Positions 18,096 to 28,019 are shown, numbered from the stretch's first letter. The stretch is DNA of 64,000 bases from Candidatus Kaiserbacteria bacterium RIFCSPHIGHO2_01_FULL_54_36 (GCA_001781105.1 MFKV01000006.1:9032-73031), one strand, 5' to 3'. Notes: a model not told the origin generated them from the letters alone. Numbers and translations are program-made.

Positions 18096-18123
18096 ACCCG
18101 AAACTGAACCACATGGAGTCAAC

Positions 18124-18828
18124 ATGCAGCTCATCCTCACCCTTCTGGCGTTCGTGGCTGGCATAGCCACCGCGATCGCCATGCCCGCTACGTTCATTGC
18201 GATCCCGTACCTGAGCCAGGAAATGAGCCAGTACGTCACAATCCTCGTGGCGAATGGCGTTTTCGTGGGCGTCGCGTACGCGGTTCTCAATGCACTGGAT
18301 GCGACCCCACCCCAGACGAGCAAGTTCCTCTACTGGCTGAGTGCGGTCGGCTCGTTCATCCCGTGGCTCTCGCTCACGGGCACAACGATCTTCGTCACAC
18401 TCAACAGGTGGTCCGGCGGGCAACTGAACTCCCTGTCGGACATCAACGGTGCGATGGCACTGCTCTATGCGTTGACTGCCTTCGCCCAGCTCGACTTCTT
18501 CTACCTGCAGCGCCAGAAATGGCGGGCGCTGCGCAGGGGCGAGCATCGGGCACCAGACGCGCCCGCGCATGTCCCGGTCATCCCTCCCGCAACAACGGAC
18601 AACTGGGGCGGGGCGGTCGCGGCAATTGCCATGGTGCTGCTGATCGGCCTGGGTGTGTTGATCTACCAGCTGTACGGCTCCGGCGACTCATCCCAACAAA
18701 GCGCCGCAGGTCCGACGGTGACGTTGCCACCCATCGACAACACGCAGGCAAGTGTCCCGAGAGACAAGGGGCACAACGACAACCGTGGCGTCTGCGAGGT
18801 GTTTCCGGACGGAAGCCGCTTGTGCTGA
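18124..18828 (+). CDS. Multi-pass membrane protein
   Basis: GGAG SD; about five TMs; terminator hairpin at 18854-18886. Confidence 0.75.
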   Translation: MQLILTLLAFVAGIATAIAMPATFIAIPYLSQEMSQYVTILVANGVFVGVAYAVLNALDATPPQTSKFLYWLSAVGSFIPWLSLTGTTIFVTLNRWSGGQLNSLSDINGAMALLYALTAFAQLDFFYLQRQKWRALRRGEHRAPDAPAHVPVIPPATTDNWGGAVAAIAMVLLIGLGVLIYQLYGSGDSSQQSAAGPTVTLPPIDNTQASVPRDKGHNDNRGVCEVFPDGSRLC

Positions 18829-18915
18829 CTTCGGCTTCGGCCTACCTTGTTACCCTGCAGCGCGCCCCTTCTTGGCGCGCTGCAGGACCCATCTTTTTAG
18901 CCATCCTACCAGCTC

Positions 18916-18943
18916 TTGACATTTGGATAATAAGTGCTACAAT
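18916..18943 (+). promoter_or_regulatory. sigma70-type promoter ahead of a ~195-nt leader
   Basis: TTGACA-16-TACAAT with TGn. Confidence 0.7.
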
Positions 18944-19144
18944 TGCACACTAACGATTGCTTCGTTGGAATTCTCGAGACCCATCTTAGGCTGGTGCTCG
19001 AGAGTCCCTGTGAAGGGATATGATCTTTGTCAGAGTAGAGATATCGATGTAACGCGGAGGTTGTTATGCGCACGAACTAATTTCGTGCTCAGAAAGCCCT
19101 CGCGTTCTGCAGAAACCCTGCGAGGCCAACTCCGGAGAACTGTC

Positions 19145-19492
19145 ATGACGAAGTTCCTCACTGCCACCACCGCAATCATCCTCGTCGCCACCGCGGCCGC
19201 GTTCGCCCAGACCACGCCTGCTCCGGCACCCGCGGCCACTCCGGCAGCGACGGCGGCGCCCCGCGTCCTCACGGTCGACCGCAAGCAGGTCAAGGTGTGG
19301 GGCGTGCCGAAGAACCAGCACTTCACTGCCAACAGGTTGTTCCCCAACTTCTGGCAGCGGTGCCCGACTGGCCTGGTGCGTGCTGACATCGTGACGGATC
19401 CGGCACTCATCAAGAAGTACAAGGCGCCGAACGTCGACTATCTCTACCACTTCGTCTGCCTGGAGGAGGAGCCCACGTCACCCGCGACGTGA
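19145..19492 (+). CDS. Small secreted protein with PA-rich linker
   Basis: GGAG SD; signal peptide ending AFA; two Cys. Confidence 0.75.
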   Translation: MTKFLTATTAIILVATAAAFAQTTPAPAPAATPAATAAPRVLTVDRKQVKVWGVPKNQHFTANRLFPNFWQRCPTGLVRADIVTDPALIKKYKAPNVDYLYHFVCLEEEPTSPAT

Positions 19493-19650
19493 CGCCCGAA
19501 TCCGCGCGGACCTTGGGAGCAGGCAAAAGGACTCAACATCCTAATGCCTGCTCCCGAGATCTATCTTTCGTTTGCAATTTCTCGATACGAGCCAATTCCT
19601 TGGATCGCGCCGAGCTCTCGCAAGAGAGCTATGTAAAAATCGTGAAGTAC

Positions 19651-19678
19651 TTGACAGGCGAGAAATATCAAGTATAAT
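19651..19678 (+). promoter_or_regulatory. sigma70-type promoter
   Basis: TTGACA-16-TATAAT. Confidence 0.75.
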
Positions 19679-19738
19679 CGCGCCGTTCAGCTAATTAACA
19701 ATATTATTAGTTTTTGAGACATTAATTAATACACGATT

Positions 19739-21193
19739 ATGACAAATGCATCGATAAAGAATACGTTTGCAACTCTCGCTGTTGTCGCGCTTGCGATGGC
19801 GGTTTCTTTCGGCACATTTGCCACAATCGTGCGTGCGGACGATGATCTTGGCTACTATGGCACGTCTGAAAACTACTATGGCACGGACTCCAGTGACCTC
19901 GGCTACTACGGTACGTCCGATAACCTTGGGTATTGGGGAACCGACTCAGGTGATCTCGGTTACTACGGCACGTCCGACAACCTCGGCTATTTTGGCACTG
20001 ATTCTGGTGATCTTGGTTACTACGGCACCTCGGATAATCTCGGGTACTACGGTACTTCCGATAACGATCTCGGCTACTACGGCACGTCCGACAACCTCGG
20101 CTACTACGGAACTCAAGAAGAGGTTTTCGGCACGGATGTCTACGGTACTGATGTCATCGAAGAGCACGGCGTCGGATACTCGTATCACGAATATGAGAAC
20201 GATTTCTCGCAGAGCTACTCTTCGCCTTCCTGTTACTCTTGTTCCTCTTCTTCAAAGCCATTCAGCTTCTCGGCTCCTTCTACCTACTACCCGCCGAGCC
20301 GTCCTCAGAGCTATCCGGCTCCGCAGCCTCAGTCACAACCTCGTCCGCAGCAATTCCCGGTCTTCTATCCGCAGCAACAGCAGCAGCAACAGCAGCAACA
20401 GCAACAGGGAAGCGCGCAGCCGATCAACATCAACAACGTCAACAACAATAACAACGTCAACCAGAACACCAACACGAATCCGGTGACCGTGACGACGGTT
20501 ATACCTGTGACGCAGGCACCGATTACGTATCCGGTACAGTACGTCTACCCGCAACAGCCTGTCTATCCGACTCCTCCTGCCCCGAACCTCTACTGTGTCA
20601 TCTCTGTCTCGCCAAGCACGATCTCGAATGGTCAGGCAGCGTACCTCACGTGGAGCTCGACAGGTGCTACGAGCGCATGGCTCTCTGACGGAATCGGCAA
20701 TGTCTCGATCAACGGCTCACTCGCAGTTCGCCCGAACAACTCGAAGACCTATACACTTACGGTCTCTGGCTACGGCGGTACTCGTACCTGCAACGTCTAC
20801 GTCAGCGTCAACAATGCGTATCCGTACGTCTCACTCTCGCAGATCCCATACACAGGCTTTACCCTGGGGCCGCTCGGCAACGCGCTCTACTGGCTCTCGA
20901 TGCTCAGCTTCGCAGCCGCTGGTGCCTACCTCTTGGTTTACTACAAAGGCGGTGCATTCACGCTCGCCTCTGCAATGATCGGCCAGCGCTCGGTCAATCG
21001 CTCTGAAATAGAAGTGCCTGCAGGAGACGTAGAACCTATCGAAACTCCCGTAGAACCTACTCCGAGCCCGGTCCAGATGGAAATGCTTGAGAATCTCCCA
21101 ATCGCACCGGCCAGCTTCCGCTCCATCGACAGCATGAAGCTCATGCACGGTACCGAGGGCAGCGCTCCGCGCATCGTGATCACTCGCAACTAA
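19739..21193 (+). CDS. Repeat-rich surface protein, probable sortase substrate (IPYTG)
   Basis: Signal peptide; ~10 (LG)YYGT(SDN/DSG) repeats; polyQ/N; Ig-like domain paralogous to 13862; SQIPYTG then TM. Confidence 0.85.
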   Translation: MTNASIKNTFATLAVVALAMAVSFGTFATIVRADDDLGYYGTSENYYGTDSSDLGYYGTSDNLGYWGTDSGDLGYYGTSDNLGYFGTDSGDLGYYGTSDNLGYYGTSDNDLGYYGTSDNLGYYGTQEEVFGTDVYGTDVIEEHGVGYSYHEYENDFSQSYSSPSCYSCSSSSKPFSFSAPSTYYPPSRPQSYPAPQPQSQPRPQQFPVFYPQQQQQQQQQQQQGSAQPININNVNNNNNVNQNTNTNPVTVTTVIPVTQAPITYPVQYVYPQQPVYPTPPAPNLYCVISVSPSTISNGQAAYLTWSSTGATSAWLSDGIGNVSINGSLAVRPNNSKTYTLTVSGYGGTRTCNVYVSVNNAYPYVSLSQIPYTGFTLGPLGNALYWLSMLSFAAAGAYLLVYYKGGAFTLASAMIGQRSVNRSEIEVPAGDVEPIETPVEPTPSPVQMEMLENLPIAPASFRSIDSMKLMHGTEGSAPRIVITRN

Positions 21194-21224
21194 TTTCGCC
21201 GCCGCCTCAAGCGCTCCAAGGTGA

Positions 21225-21260
21225 AAACAAAAACTCTCCTGAAAAGGAGAGTTTTTGTTT
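21225..21260. terminator. Bidirectional terminator
   Basis: aaacaaaaactctcct-gaaa-aggagagtttttgttt. Confidence 0.85.
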
Positions 21261-22995
21261 AAGCGGCCCGAGTTTGTATCTCTTCTTTCAACCTCGCAAT
21301 GATTTCGGCAATAGGGAAGGCGCCGATCTTTCCTGCGCGGCCTTCGAGCGTTGCGGTCTTCGCCCTCATTTCCTCGTCGCCAACGACGAGCACATACGGG
21401 ATCTTTTCCACCTTGCTGCTGCGGATACGCTTGCCGAGGGAGTCCGAGTCGTGCAGATCTGCGCGAATACCAGTGGCGAGAAGTTGGTCCTGAAGCTCTT
21501 TCGCGTATTCTGAGAATTTGTCGGAGACTGGAAGCACGCGCGCTTGTACCGGCGCCATCCATAGTGGGAATGCTCCAGCATAGTGTTCGATGAGGATCCC
21601 GAGAAATCGGTCAGGCGAGCCGATCAACGCGCGGTGGATCATGACCGGGGTTTTGGCCCTCCCATCCTCTCCTGTGTATTCAAGTTTAAATCGGGAAGGC
21701 TGAACGAAATCGAGCTGGATCGTCGAGATCTGCCACTGCCTCCCGATCGCATCGACCGCCATAATGTCTATCTTGGGCCCATAGAAAGCTGCCTCACCCA
21801 CTGCCTCTTTGAACTCAACTCCTTTCTTCTGCAGCAGTTCTCGCATAATCGTTTGCGCGTGTTCCCACACTGCGGGATCACCAAGGTATTTTTCACCGTT
21901 CTCTGGGTCTCGGAGCGAGAAGCGCATCCAATAATCGATCCTGTACGTTGCGAGCGCTTCTTGGATGGCGCTCAAAACAGCGGACACTTCAGATTCGATC
22001 TGGTCCTCGCGACAGAAGATGTGACCGTCATCTTGTGCGAATGCCCGCAATCGAGTAAGGCCCGAAAGTTCGCCCGGCCGCTCATCGCGATACAGATTTG
22101 CAAAATCCGCATAACGAATGGGGAGGTCGCGATAGCTGCGCATCTGCGAGGCATAGATCTGCGTGTGTTGGGGACAGTTCATCGGCTTCATGTACATCTC
22201 GTCAGCGACATACTGCGAAGAGACCTTGAGCATGTCGTCTTTGAACGCATCGTAGTGACCAGAGATCTTGAAGAGTTCAGCCTTGTTGATGTTGGGAGTA
22301 TGCACCTCACCGAACCCAAGTTTGTCGTTGAGTTCCCGGGAGTAATTGACGATGGCATTGCGGACAATGTTGCCTTTTGGGGTGTAGAGCGGCATGCCGG
22401 AGCCGACCAAGTCGGAAAATACCAGTAGCCCTTGCTCTCGAGCGATCTTCCGGTGATCCCGCTTTTTCGCTTCCTCGCGCTGCTTCAGATACGCGTCGAG
22501 TTCCTGCTTGGAAGGGAAGGCGAGACCGTAGATGCGCGTGAGCATTTTGTTCTTTTCGTCTCCGCGCCAGTAGGCCCCAGCGATGCGATCCAACTTGAAA
22601 GAATCCGGAGCGATTTCTTTAGCCGGGTTTTCCACGTGGCCGCCGCGGCAGAGGTCCACTAGTCCTGGCGCATTGTGAAAAGTAATCTTTTTACCCTGGC
22701 CTGCGAACTCTTCGATAAGTTCGCTTTTGTATGTGTTCCACGCGAATTCTTTCAGAGCTTCTTCCTTGCTCACTTCTTTCTTCTCGAAACCAGTCCATTT
22801 TGGCAAGAGTTCCCGCATTTTCGCTTCTATCTTTGGCAGATCGGCATCGCTTATTGTTCCCGCAATTTCAAAATCTTGATAAAAGCCGTTGTCGATCGAG
22901 GGGCCGATCGCATTTTGGGATCCAGGCCATAACTCGCGCACCGCGGCTACGGTGAGGTGTGCGAGGGTGTGCCCAATTTGTTCAATTTCGGCCAT
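21259..22995 (-). CDS. thrS: Threonine-tRNA ligase (no TGS domain)
   Basis: DLCRGGH, GAYWRGD, RDHRK, KPMNCP, AAFYGPKID. Confidence 0.97.
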   Translation of the reverse strand: MAEIEQIGHTLAHLTVAAVRELWPGSQNAIGPSIDNGFYQDFEIAGTISDADLPKIEAKMRELLPKWTGFEKKEVSKEEALKEFAWNTYKSELIEEFAGQGKKITFHNAPGLVDLCRGGHVENPAKEIAPDSFKLDRIAGAYWRGDEKNKMLTRIYGLAFPSKQELDAYLKQREEAKKRDHRKIAREQGLLVFSDLVGSGMPLYTPKGNIVRNAIVNYSRELNDKLGFGEVHTPNINKAELFKISGHYDAFKDDMLKVSSQYVADEMYMKPMNCPQHTQIYASQMRSYRDLPIRYADFANLYRDERPGELSGLTRLRAFAQDDGHIFCREDQIESEVSAVLSAIQEALATYRIDYWMRFSLRDPENGEKYLGDPAVWEHAQTIMRELLQKKGVEFKEAVGEAAFYGPKIDIMAVDAIGRQWQISTIQLDFVQPSRFKLEYTGEDGRAKTPVMIHRALIGSPDRFLGILIEHYAGAFPLWMAPVQARVLPVSDKFSEYAKELQDQLLATGIRADLHDSDSLGKRIRSSKVEKIPYVLVVGDEEMRAKTATLEGRAGKIGAFPIAEIIARLKEEIQTRAA

Positions 22996-23071
22996 GAAGC
23001 TGCATCATAGCAATAATCGCCAAACGCGCAAAAAACAGCGACCCCGAAGGGCCACTGATAGGCGAGCAATC

Positions 23072-23290
23072 TTAGTTCAGTTTATCCTTATCAATCTCGC
23101 TCTGATGCTGGTCGGGGAAGGTCTCTTTGAGCTGACTCGTGTAGTCATCTTCTTTTACCTCGTTACCATCCCAGACTAGCTTTCCTCGTTCTTGACCGGC
23201 TTGTTGTTGCGCCGACTCTTTTTCTTGTTTCTTCTTCTCGGCATCCTTTTTCGCTCTCATGATTGCCTCACGCGGTTTAGAATTCTCCAT
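23072..23290 (-). CDS. Small charged hypothetical protein
   Basis: 72 aa ORF filling the thrS-dnaE gap; TATACT just upstream. Confidence 0.6.
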   Translation of the reverse strand: MENSKPREAIMRAKKDAEKKKQEKESAQQQAGQERGKLVWDGNEVKEDDYTSQLKETFPDQHQSEIDKDKLN

Positions 23291-23320
23291 AGTCAGGCTT
23301 CAGTATATCATGTCGCAGTT

Positions 23321-26300
23321 TTAAAGCGCTTTGGCCCGCTCTACCACGAAGCTCGACTCGCCGTTGCGCTCCGAAATTTTTCCCTTGACGGCAACGCACG
23401 CGCCGAGCGAAAGGAGTGATTCGAGCTCCTTCAAGACGCGCGGGAAGACTACCATTTCTATCGCATCCGAATAATCTGCGATCTTCATGAATCCCATGCG
23501 CTCGCCGGCTTTCGTCATATTGATGCGCGTTTCTTCGATGTGGCCCGCGATCACCGTCTCTACGCCGCGCAAGTGTTCCTTGGCATGTTTGATGGTCTTC
23601 TTGGGGTCACCAAATTTACGCTTGTGCTTGTCGAGCGGGTGGCCGGAGACGTAGAGGCCAAGCAGCTCCTTTTCCCACCCAAGGCGCTCTTCCATAGTTG
23701 CGGGCGCAGAGGTGGGAAGTTTCAAAGGCGCGGGCTTGGAATTACCGGCGCCGAAGAGCGAGCCTTGGTCGGTCGGCGCTTTCATGTGTTCTCTCTGGTA
23801 GCTAAGCAGTGCATCAATGTTGGTAAGCAGCTGCCCGCGTTCTCCTAGGTCGTCGAGCGCACCACTTTGGATGAGCGCTTCGAGCGATTTTTTGTTGAGA
23901 TTCCTGTCCGCGATCCTGGATAGAAAATTGCCGATGTCGGCAAAGGGTCCTCCTGACTCGCCTGCCTGCGCAGGCAGGCGTGCGGTAATAATTGAATCAG
24001 CAACTCCGGTGCCGAAGTTTTTTATGGAATACAAACCAAAGCGGATGTTTGTATCGTCTATCACGGTAAAGTTGCCTTTGCTCTCTTGCACCGAAGGGGG
24101 CCAGACTTTGATGCCCATGCGCTTACACTCCGCCACGACCTCGGCGATCTTCTCTACATCGCCCGCATCGGCGGTAAGGAGAGCCGCCATGTAATCGACG
24201 GGGAAGTTGGCTTTCATGTAGGCTGTTTTGTAGGCGAGATTGCCGTAGCTTGCGGCGTGTGCTTTGTTGAATCCGTATGCCGCGAACGTCTCGATCTGCT
24301 CCCACAATTTCTGCACAGCCTCTTTCTTCATGCCCCCCGCACCACAGCCTGCGATGAATTTTTCTTTTTGAGCGGCCATTTCTTTCGGTATCTTCTTCCC
24401 CATCGCTTTGCGGAACTTGTCGGCCTCACCCCATGAGTAGCCAGCCAGTTGTACCGCGATCATCATGACGTCGTCTTGATAGATGAGGACGCCATAGGTT
24501 GGCTTCAATATCTCTTCCATGCGCGGATCGAGATACTTCACACGCGCAGGATCTTTTTTGCGCTCAATATACTCGGGAATAAACGCCATAGGACCGGGGC
24601 GGTACAGCGCGACCATCGCATTAATGTCATGGATGACAGTGGGCTTGAGGTCTTTGAGATACGAGGTCATTCCGCCGCCCGCCATCTGGAAGACACCGAG
24701 TGTCTCGCCGCGCGTGAGAAGCTCGTACACTTTCGTGTCGTCGAGCGGGATCTTATCGAGGTCTATATCAACGCCGAGCCGCACGCTCACTCTTGCCACA
24801 GAATCTGCCAAGACCGACAGGTTGGTAAGCCCGAGAATATCGAACTTGAGAAGGCCGATGCCGCCGTACTCATCGGCGATCGAGTACATATCGTATTGTG
24901 TGATGATGTGGTTTCCCTTGGGATCGATCTGGATGGGGGAATAATCTACGATCGGAGTGGGTGCGATAACCACTCCCGCGGCATGCACGCCGACGTGCCG
25001 TGCATTGCCTTCGATCTTTCGCGCGAGATCCAAGATCTCGCGCGAGTCGCCGTCTGTTTTGTACACTTGCGCAAGCTCCGGCACGTCTTCGAGCGATCTC
25101 TGGATGGTGACGGGGAAGCCTTGTTTCCCGAAGGGGATAAGCTTCGCAAGCCGATCGCCGATCGCGTACGGATGTCCCATGGCGCGCGCGACATCGCGCA
25201 CCGCAGCGCGAGCCATCATCGTGCCGAACGTGCCGACTTGTGCCACTTTATCCTCTCCGTATTTGCGCCGTACGTATTCGATGAGCTCGTCGCGGCGGTT
25301 GTCGGCGATATCCATGTCGATATCCGGCGCGGAAGGCCGTTCAGGGTTGAGAAAACGCTCGAACGGCATGTTGAATTCGATAGGATCAACCGTCGTGATA
25401 CCGCAGAGGTATGAGACAAGGGAGCCGGCAGCGGAGCCGCGCGTGTTGGTGAAGATGCCACTGTCCCTAGCGTGGCGCAGAAGATCGGCGACAATAAGGA
25501 AATACGAAGCGTAGCCCTTGTCGGCAATTATCTTGAGTTCATAGTTGATGCGCGTATGTAGCTCCGGCGTATCGCCCATTTGGCGCTCACCGATCCCATG
25601 CTCGGCAAGCACTCGCAGCTCCCTGTCATCGCTCGAACTTTTGGGAATGGGAAATGTGGGAAATATGGCTTTGCCGAGTTTCAGCTCGAGTTCACACAGC
25701 TCGGCAATACGTACGGTATTCTCTACCGCTTCCGGCAGGTCGGCGAAGAGCTCGAGCGCGCGAGCGCGCGAGGCGAATGAGTAATCATGCGCAGCTTGTT
25801 CGAAATCTCTGTTAAAAACGCCCGCTGTGCGAATTTTGTTGACGAGCTCGCGCGCGAGCGCATCCTCTTGCTGCAGATAGTACGTCTCGCACGCAGCTAC
25901 GGGTTCGATAAGTTCACCGCGAGCCAGCTCGAGTATTGCTTTCGTCTGTTCATCATGCCTGGCGATCTCCGGGTGGCGCGTGATCTCAGCGAAGCAATCA
26001 TCCCCAAAGATTTTCTTGTACCACGCTAATATTTCCCGAGCGCGCTCTTTGTTTCCATTGCGAAGCGTCTGCGCATGCTCTCCGCCTGATGCCGGCAGTA
26101 TTGCGATCAAGCCCTCGTGGTGTAATTCTATTAATTCACGGTCAATGCGCGGACGGTAGTAGAAGCCCTCGAGATGCGATTTGGAGACGAGCTGCAAAAG
26201 ATTCTGATAGCCCGACATATTTTTGGCGAGCAACACAAGTCTGGAAGGGTGGTCGTCTACCCGGTGCTCCTTTTGCGCCCTCGCACGAGGCGCTACGAAA

Positions 26301-26509
26301 AAATCAACGCCGAGGATGGGCTTGATGCCATTTTCTTTGCACTCCTTGTAGAACTCTATGGCTCCGTACAGGTTGCCGTTGTCGGTCAGCGCGAGCGCTT
26401 GCTGCCCATCTACCTTTGCCGCTTCCACGAGGTCGGGGATTTTGGGTAGCGCTTCAAGCAATGAATAGTGCGAGTGTGTGTGAAGATGAACAAAATCCGC
26501 ACGCAACAT
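23321..26509 (-). CDS. dnaE: DNA polymerase III alpha subunit
   Basis: FVHLHTHSHYSLL PHP domain, RGSAAGS, FERFLNPER..PDID.D, YGFNKAH. Confidence 0.97.
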   Translation of the reverse strand: MLRADFVHLHTHSHYSLLEALPKIPDLVEAAKVDGQQALALTDNGNLYGAIEFYKECKENGIKPILGVDFFVAPRARAQKEHRVDDHPSRLVLLAKNMSGYQNLLQLVSKSHLEGFYYRPRIDRELIELHHEGLIAILPASGGEHAQTLRNGNKERAREILAWYKKIFGDDCFAEITRHPEIARHDEQTKAILELARGELIEPVAACETYYLQQEDALARELVNKIRTAGVFNRDFEQAAHDYSFASRARALELFADLPEAVENTVRIAELCELELKLGKAIFPTFPIPKSSSDDRELRVLAEHGIGERQMGDTPELHTRINYELKIIADKGYASYFLIVADLLRHARDSGIFTNTRGSAAGSLVSYLCGITTVDPIEFNMPFERFLNPERPSAPDIDMDIADNRRDELIEYVRRKYGEDKVAQVGTFGTMMARAAVRDVARAMGHPYAIGDRLAKLIPFGKQGFPVTIQRSLEDVPELAQVYKTDGDSREILDLARKIEGNARHVGVHAAGVVIAPTPIVDYSPIQIDPKGNHIITQYDMYSIADEYGGIGLLKFDILGLTNLSVLADSVARVSVRLGVDIDLDKIPLDDTKVYELLTRGETLGVFQMAGGGMTSYLKDLKPTVIHDINAMVALYRPGPMAFIPEYIERKKDPARVKYLDPRMEEILKPTYGVLIYQDDVMMIAVQLAGYSWGEADKFRKAMGKKIPKEMAAQKEKFIAGCGAGGMKKEAVQKLWEQIETFAAYGFNKAHAASYGNLAYKTAYMKANFPVDYMAALLTADAGDVEKIAEVVAECKRMGIKVWPPSVQESKGNFTVIDDTNIRFGLYSIKNFGTGVADSIITARLPAQAGESGGPFADIGNFLSRIADRNLNKKSLEALIQSGALDDLGERGQLLTNIDALLSYQREHMKAPTDQGSLFGAGNSKPAPLKLPTSAPATMEERLGWEKELLGLYVSGHPLDKHKRKFGDPKKTIKHAKEHLRGVETVIAGHIEETRINMTKAGERMGFMKIADYSDAIEMVVFPRVLKELESLLSLGACVAVKGKISERNGESSFVVERAKAL
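23959..23980. repeat. 22-bp palindrome inside dnaE, frame preserved (RLPAQAG)
   Basis: Identical to 615-636. Confidence 0.9.
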
Positions 26510-26662
26510 ATTTTGAGTATACCACCGTGAGTTTTCCCCACTTCGCTTTGACTTCATTTGACTGGCACCGTAGAGTGGTGGCGGTTGAATAACAGTACAA
26601 GAGTGCGGCGGCAACGTTGGGTCCGGCATTCCCGACAAATTCACATGTAAGGAAGGCAAGCC

Positions 26663-26869
26663 ATGGATCGAGATGATCCCCCAAAGCGTGTCTATGGGAG
26701 CCAGTATGATGGGCGACCTCGTCCAGCACACTCCAGCATTTCGAGGGAAAACCGGGGCCAGATTGGCGGACTTTCGTTCGGTCCGGCGGGGAAAACGCGA
26801 ACCGGTTCCTCGACCGTCACGATTGAGAGTCGTCATGGTCTTGGACGATACAAAGGCGCCGGTTCGTGA
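26663..26869 (+). CDS. Possible small hypothetical protein
   Basis: AAGGAAGG upstream and hairpin at 26926-26953 downstream; alternative frame 26673-26882. Confidence 0.3.
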   Translation: MDRDDPPKRVYGSQYDGRPRPAHSSISRENRGQIGGLSFGPAGKTRTGSSTVTIESRHGLGRYKGAGS

Positions 26870-26972
26870 ACTGACGCCCTGAAATCCAGAGTAAGGCTGC
26901 TCCTCGCAGGAATACCTTGCGCGTTACGAACCGCCCTTCCACCGGCGGTTCGTTTGTTATTATGATGAATGC

Positions 26973-27569
26973 ATGCGCTATCTCATCGGCATTGACGAAG
27001 CGGGGCGGGGGCCGTTGGCGGGGCCCGTGGCAGTGGGAGCGGTGATGGTGCCGCAGGATTTTAGTTTCAATATATTGACGGGGATACGTGATTCGAAGCA
27101 GCTGACGATGCTGCAGCGCGAGGAGTGGTACGAGCGCCTTCGCGCTCTGCGGCGCGAAGGCGCTCTGAATTTTGCGGTCGCTTTTTCTTCAGCCGCCACT
27201 ATCGATCGGCATGGCATCGTGCCCTCTATATATAGAGCACTTTGTAGGGCATTAGAGAAACTCGAGGCAACAGATGTGTGCGAGATCCGCCTAGATGGAG
27301 GGCTGCGCGCACCGGGAAGGTTCAACTTGCAGAAAACAATTATCCGCGGAGATGAATCAGAGCCCGTCATTTCACTTGCATCTATCGCCGCGAAAGTGAT
27401 GCGTGACCGATTGATGGTCCGCCTTGCCAGCAGGTTTCCAGCCTATGCGTTCGATTCGCATAAAGGGTACGGTACGACCCAACATCGCGAAACGATCGCC
27501 CAATTCGGCCTCTCGGAGGTCCACCGTGCGAGCTTTTGTTCTCGCATTCTCCTAGAACCTAGTCCCTAG
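26973..27569 (+). CDS. rnhB: Ribonuclease HII
   Basis: GIDEAGRGPLAGPV, DSKQL, ASIAAKV.RD, HKGYGT. Confidence 0.97.
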   Translation: MRYLIGIDEAGRGPLAGPVAVGAVMVPQDFSFNILTGIRDSKQLTMLQREEWYERLRALRREGALNFAVAFSSAATIDRHGIVPSIYRALCRALEKLEATDVCEIRLDGGLRAPGRFNLQKTIIRGDESEPVISLASIAAKVMRDRLMVRLASRFPAYAFDSHKGYGTTQHRETIAQFGLSEVHRASFCSRILLEPSP

Positions 27570-27585
27570 CACCTAGAACCTTGTC
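27551..27585. repeat. Five 7-bp tandem units (cctagaa consensus) across the rnhB stop
   Basis: cctagaa cctagtc cctagca cctagaa ccttgtc. Confidence 0.8.
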
Positions 27586-27656
27586 AAACGCGTTGCAAAA
27601 AAGAAGTAGCATCAATCCTTGCCCAACACTCACAAATCACGTATAGTGTGCCGTCT

Positions 27657-27929
27657 ATGGTAGTCCGAATGCGTCGAAATCACTCCCAAACCGCCAAGCG
27701 GCGCTCTCATCATGCGCTGATCGGCGCACAGCTTGCCACGTGTGAATGCGGCACGCTTCGCGTCTCGCACCGCGCATGCCCACAATGCGGTAAATACAAC
27801 GGCAGGGTCGTGATAGACGTCGTCGCTCGCGCGAAGCGCGATCAACGCCGCACGCAGAGGAAGCAAAAAGAATTGCGCGCAAGCGGCCAGAGCACTGAGA
27901 CAAAAGAAAAGGAGGAAGCGAAAGCGTAA
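27657..27929 (+). CDS. rpmF: 50S ribosomal protein L32 with C-terminal extension
   Basis: RRSHHAL, C.CG....HRAC..CG.YNG zinc ribbon. Confidence 0.93.
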   Translation: MVVRMRRNHSQTAKRRSHHALIGAQLATCECGTLRVSHRACPQCGKYNGRVVIDVVARAKRDQRRTQRKQKELRASGQSTETKEKEEAKA

Positions 27930-28019
27930 GCATTCCACATTTCTGGCTATTTTTTCATTTGCTCTTTATGATTGCCGTGTATACTCAGGAAATGTTCATT
28001 GTGGTGAAGTTGTTCTTCT

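Noticed and set aside
26510-26836. N-terminal extension of DnaE in the ORF track
   Set aside because: The PHP domain begins at ATG 26509, which has a TATACT box 6 nt upstream
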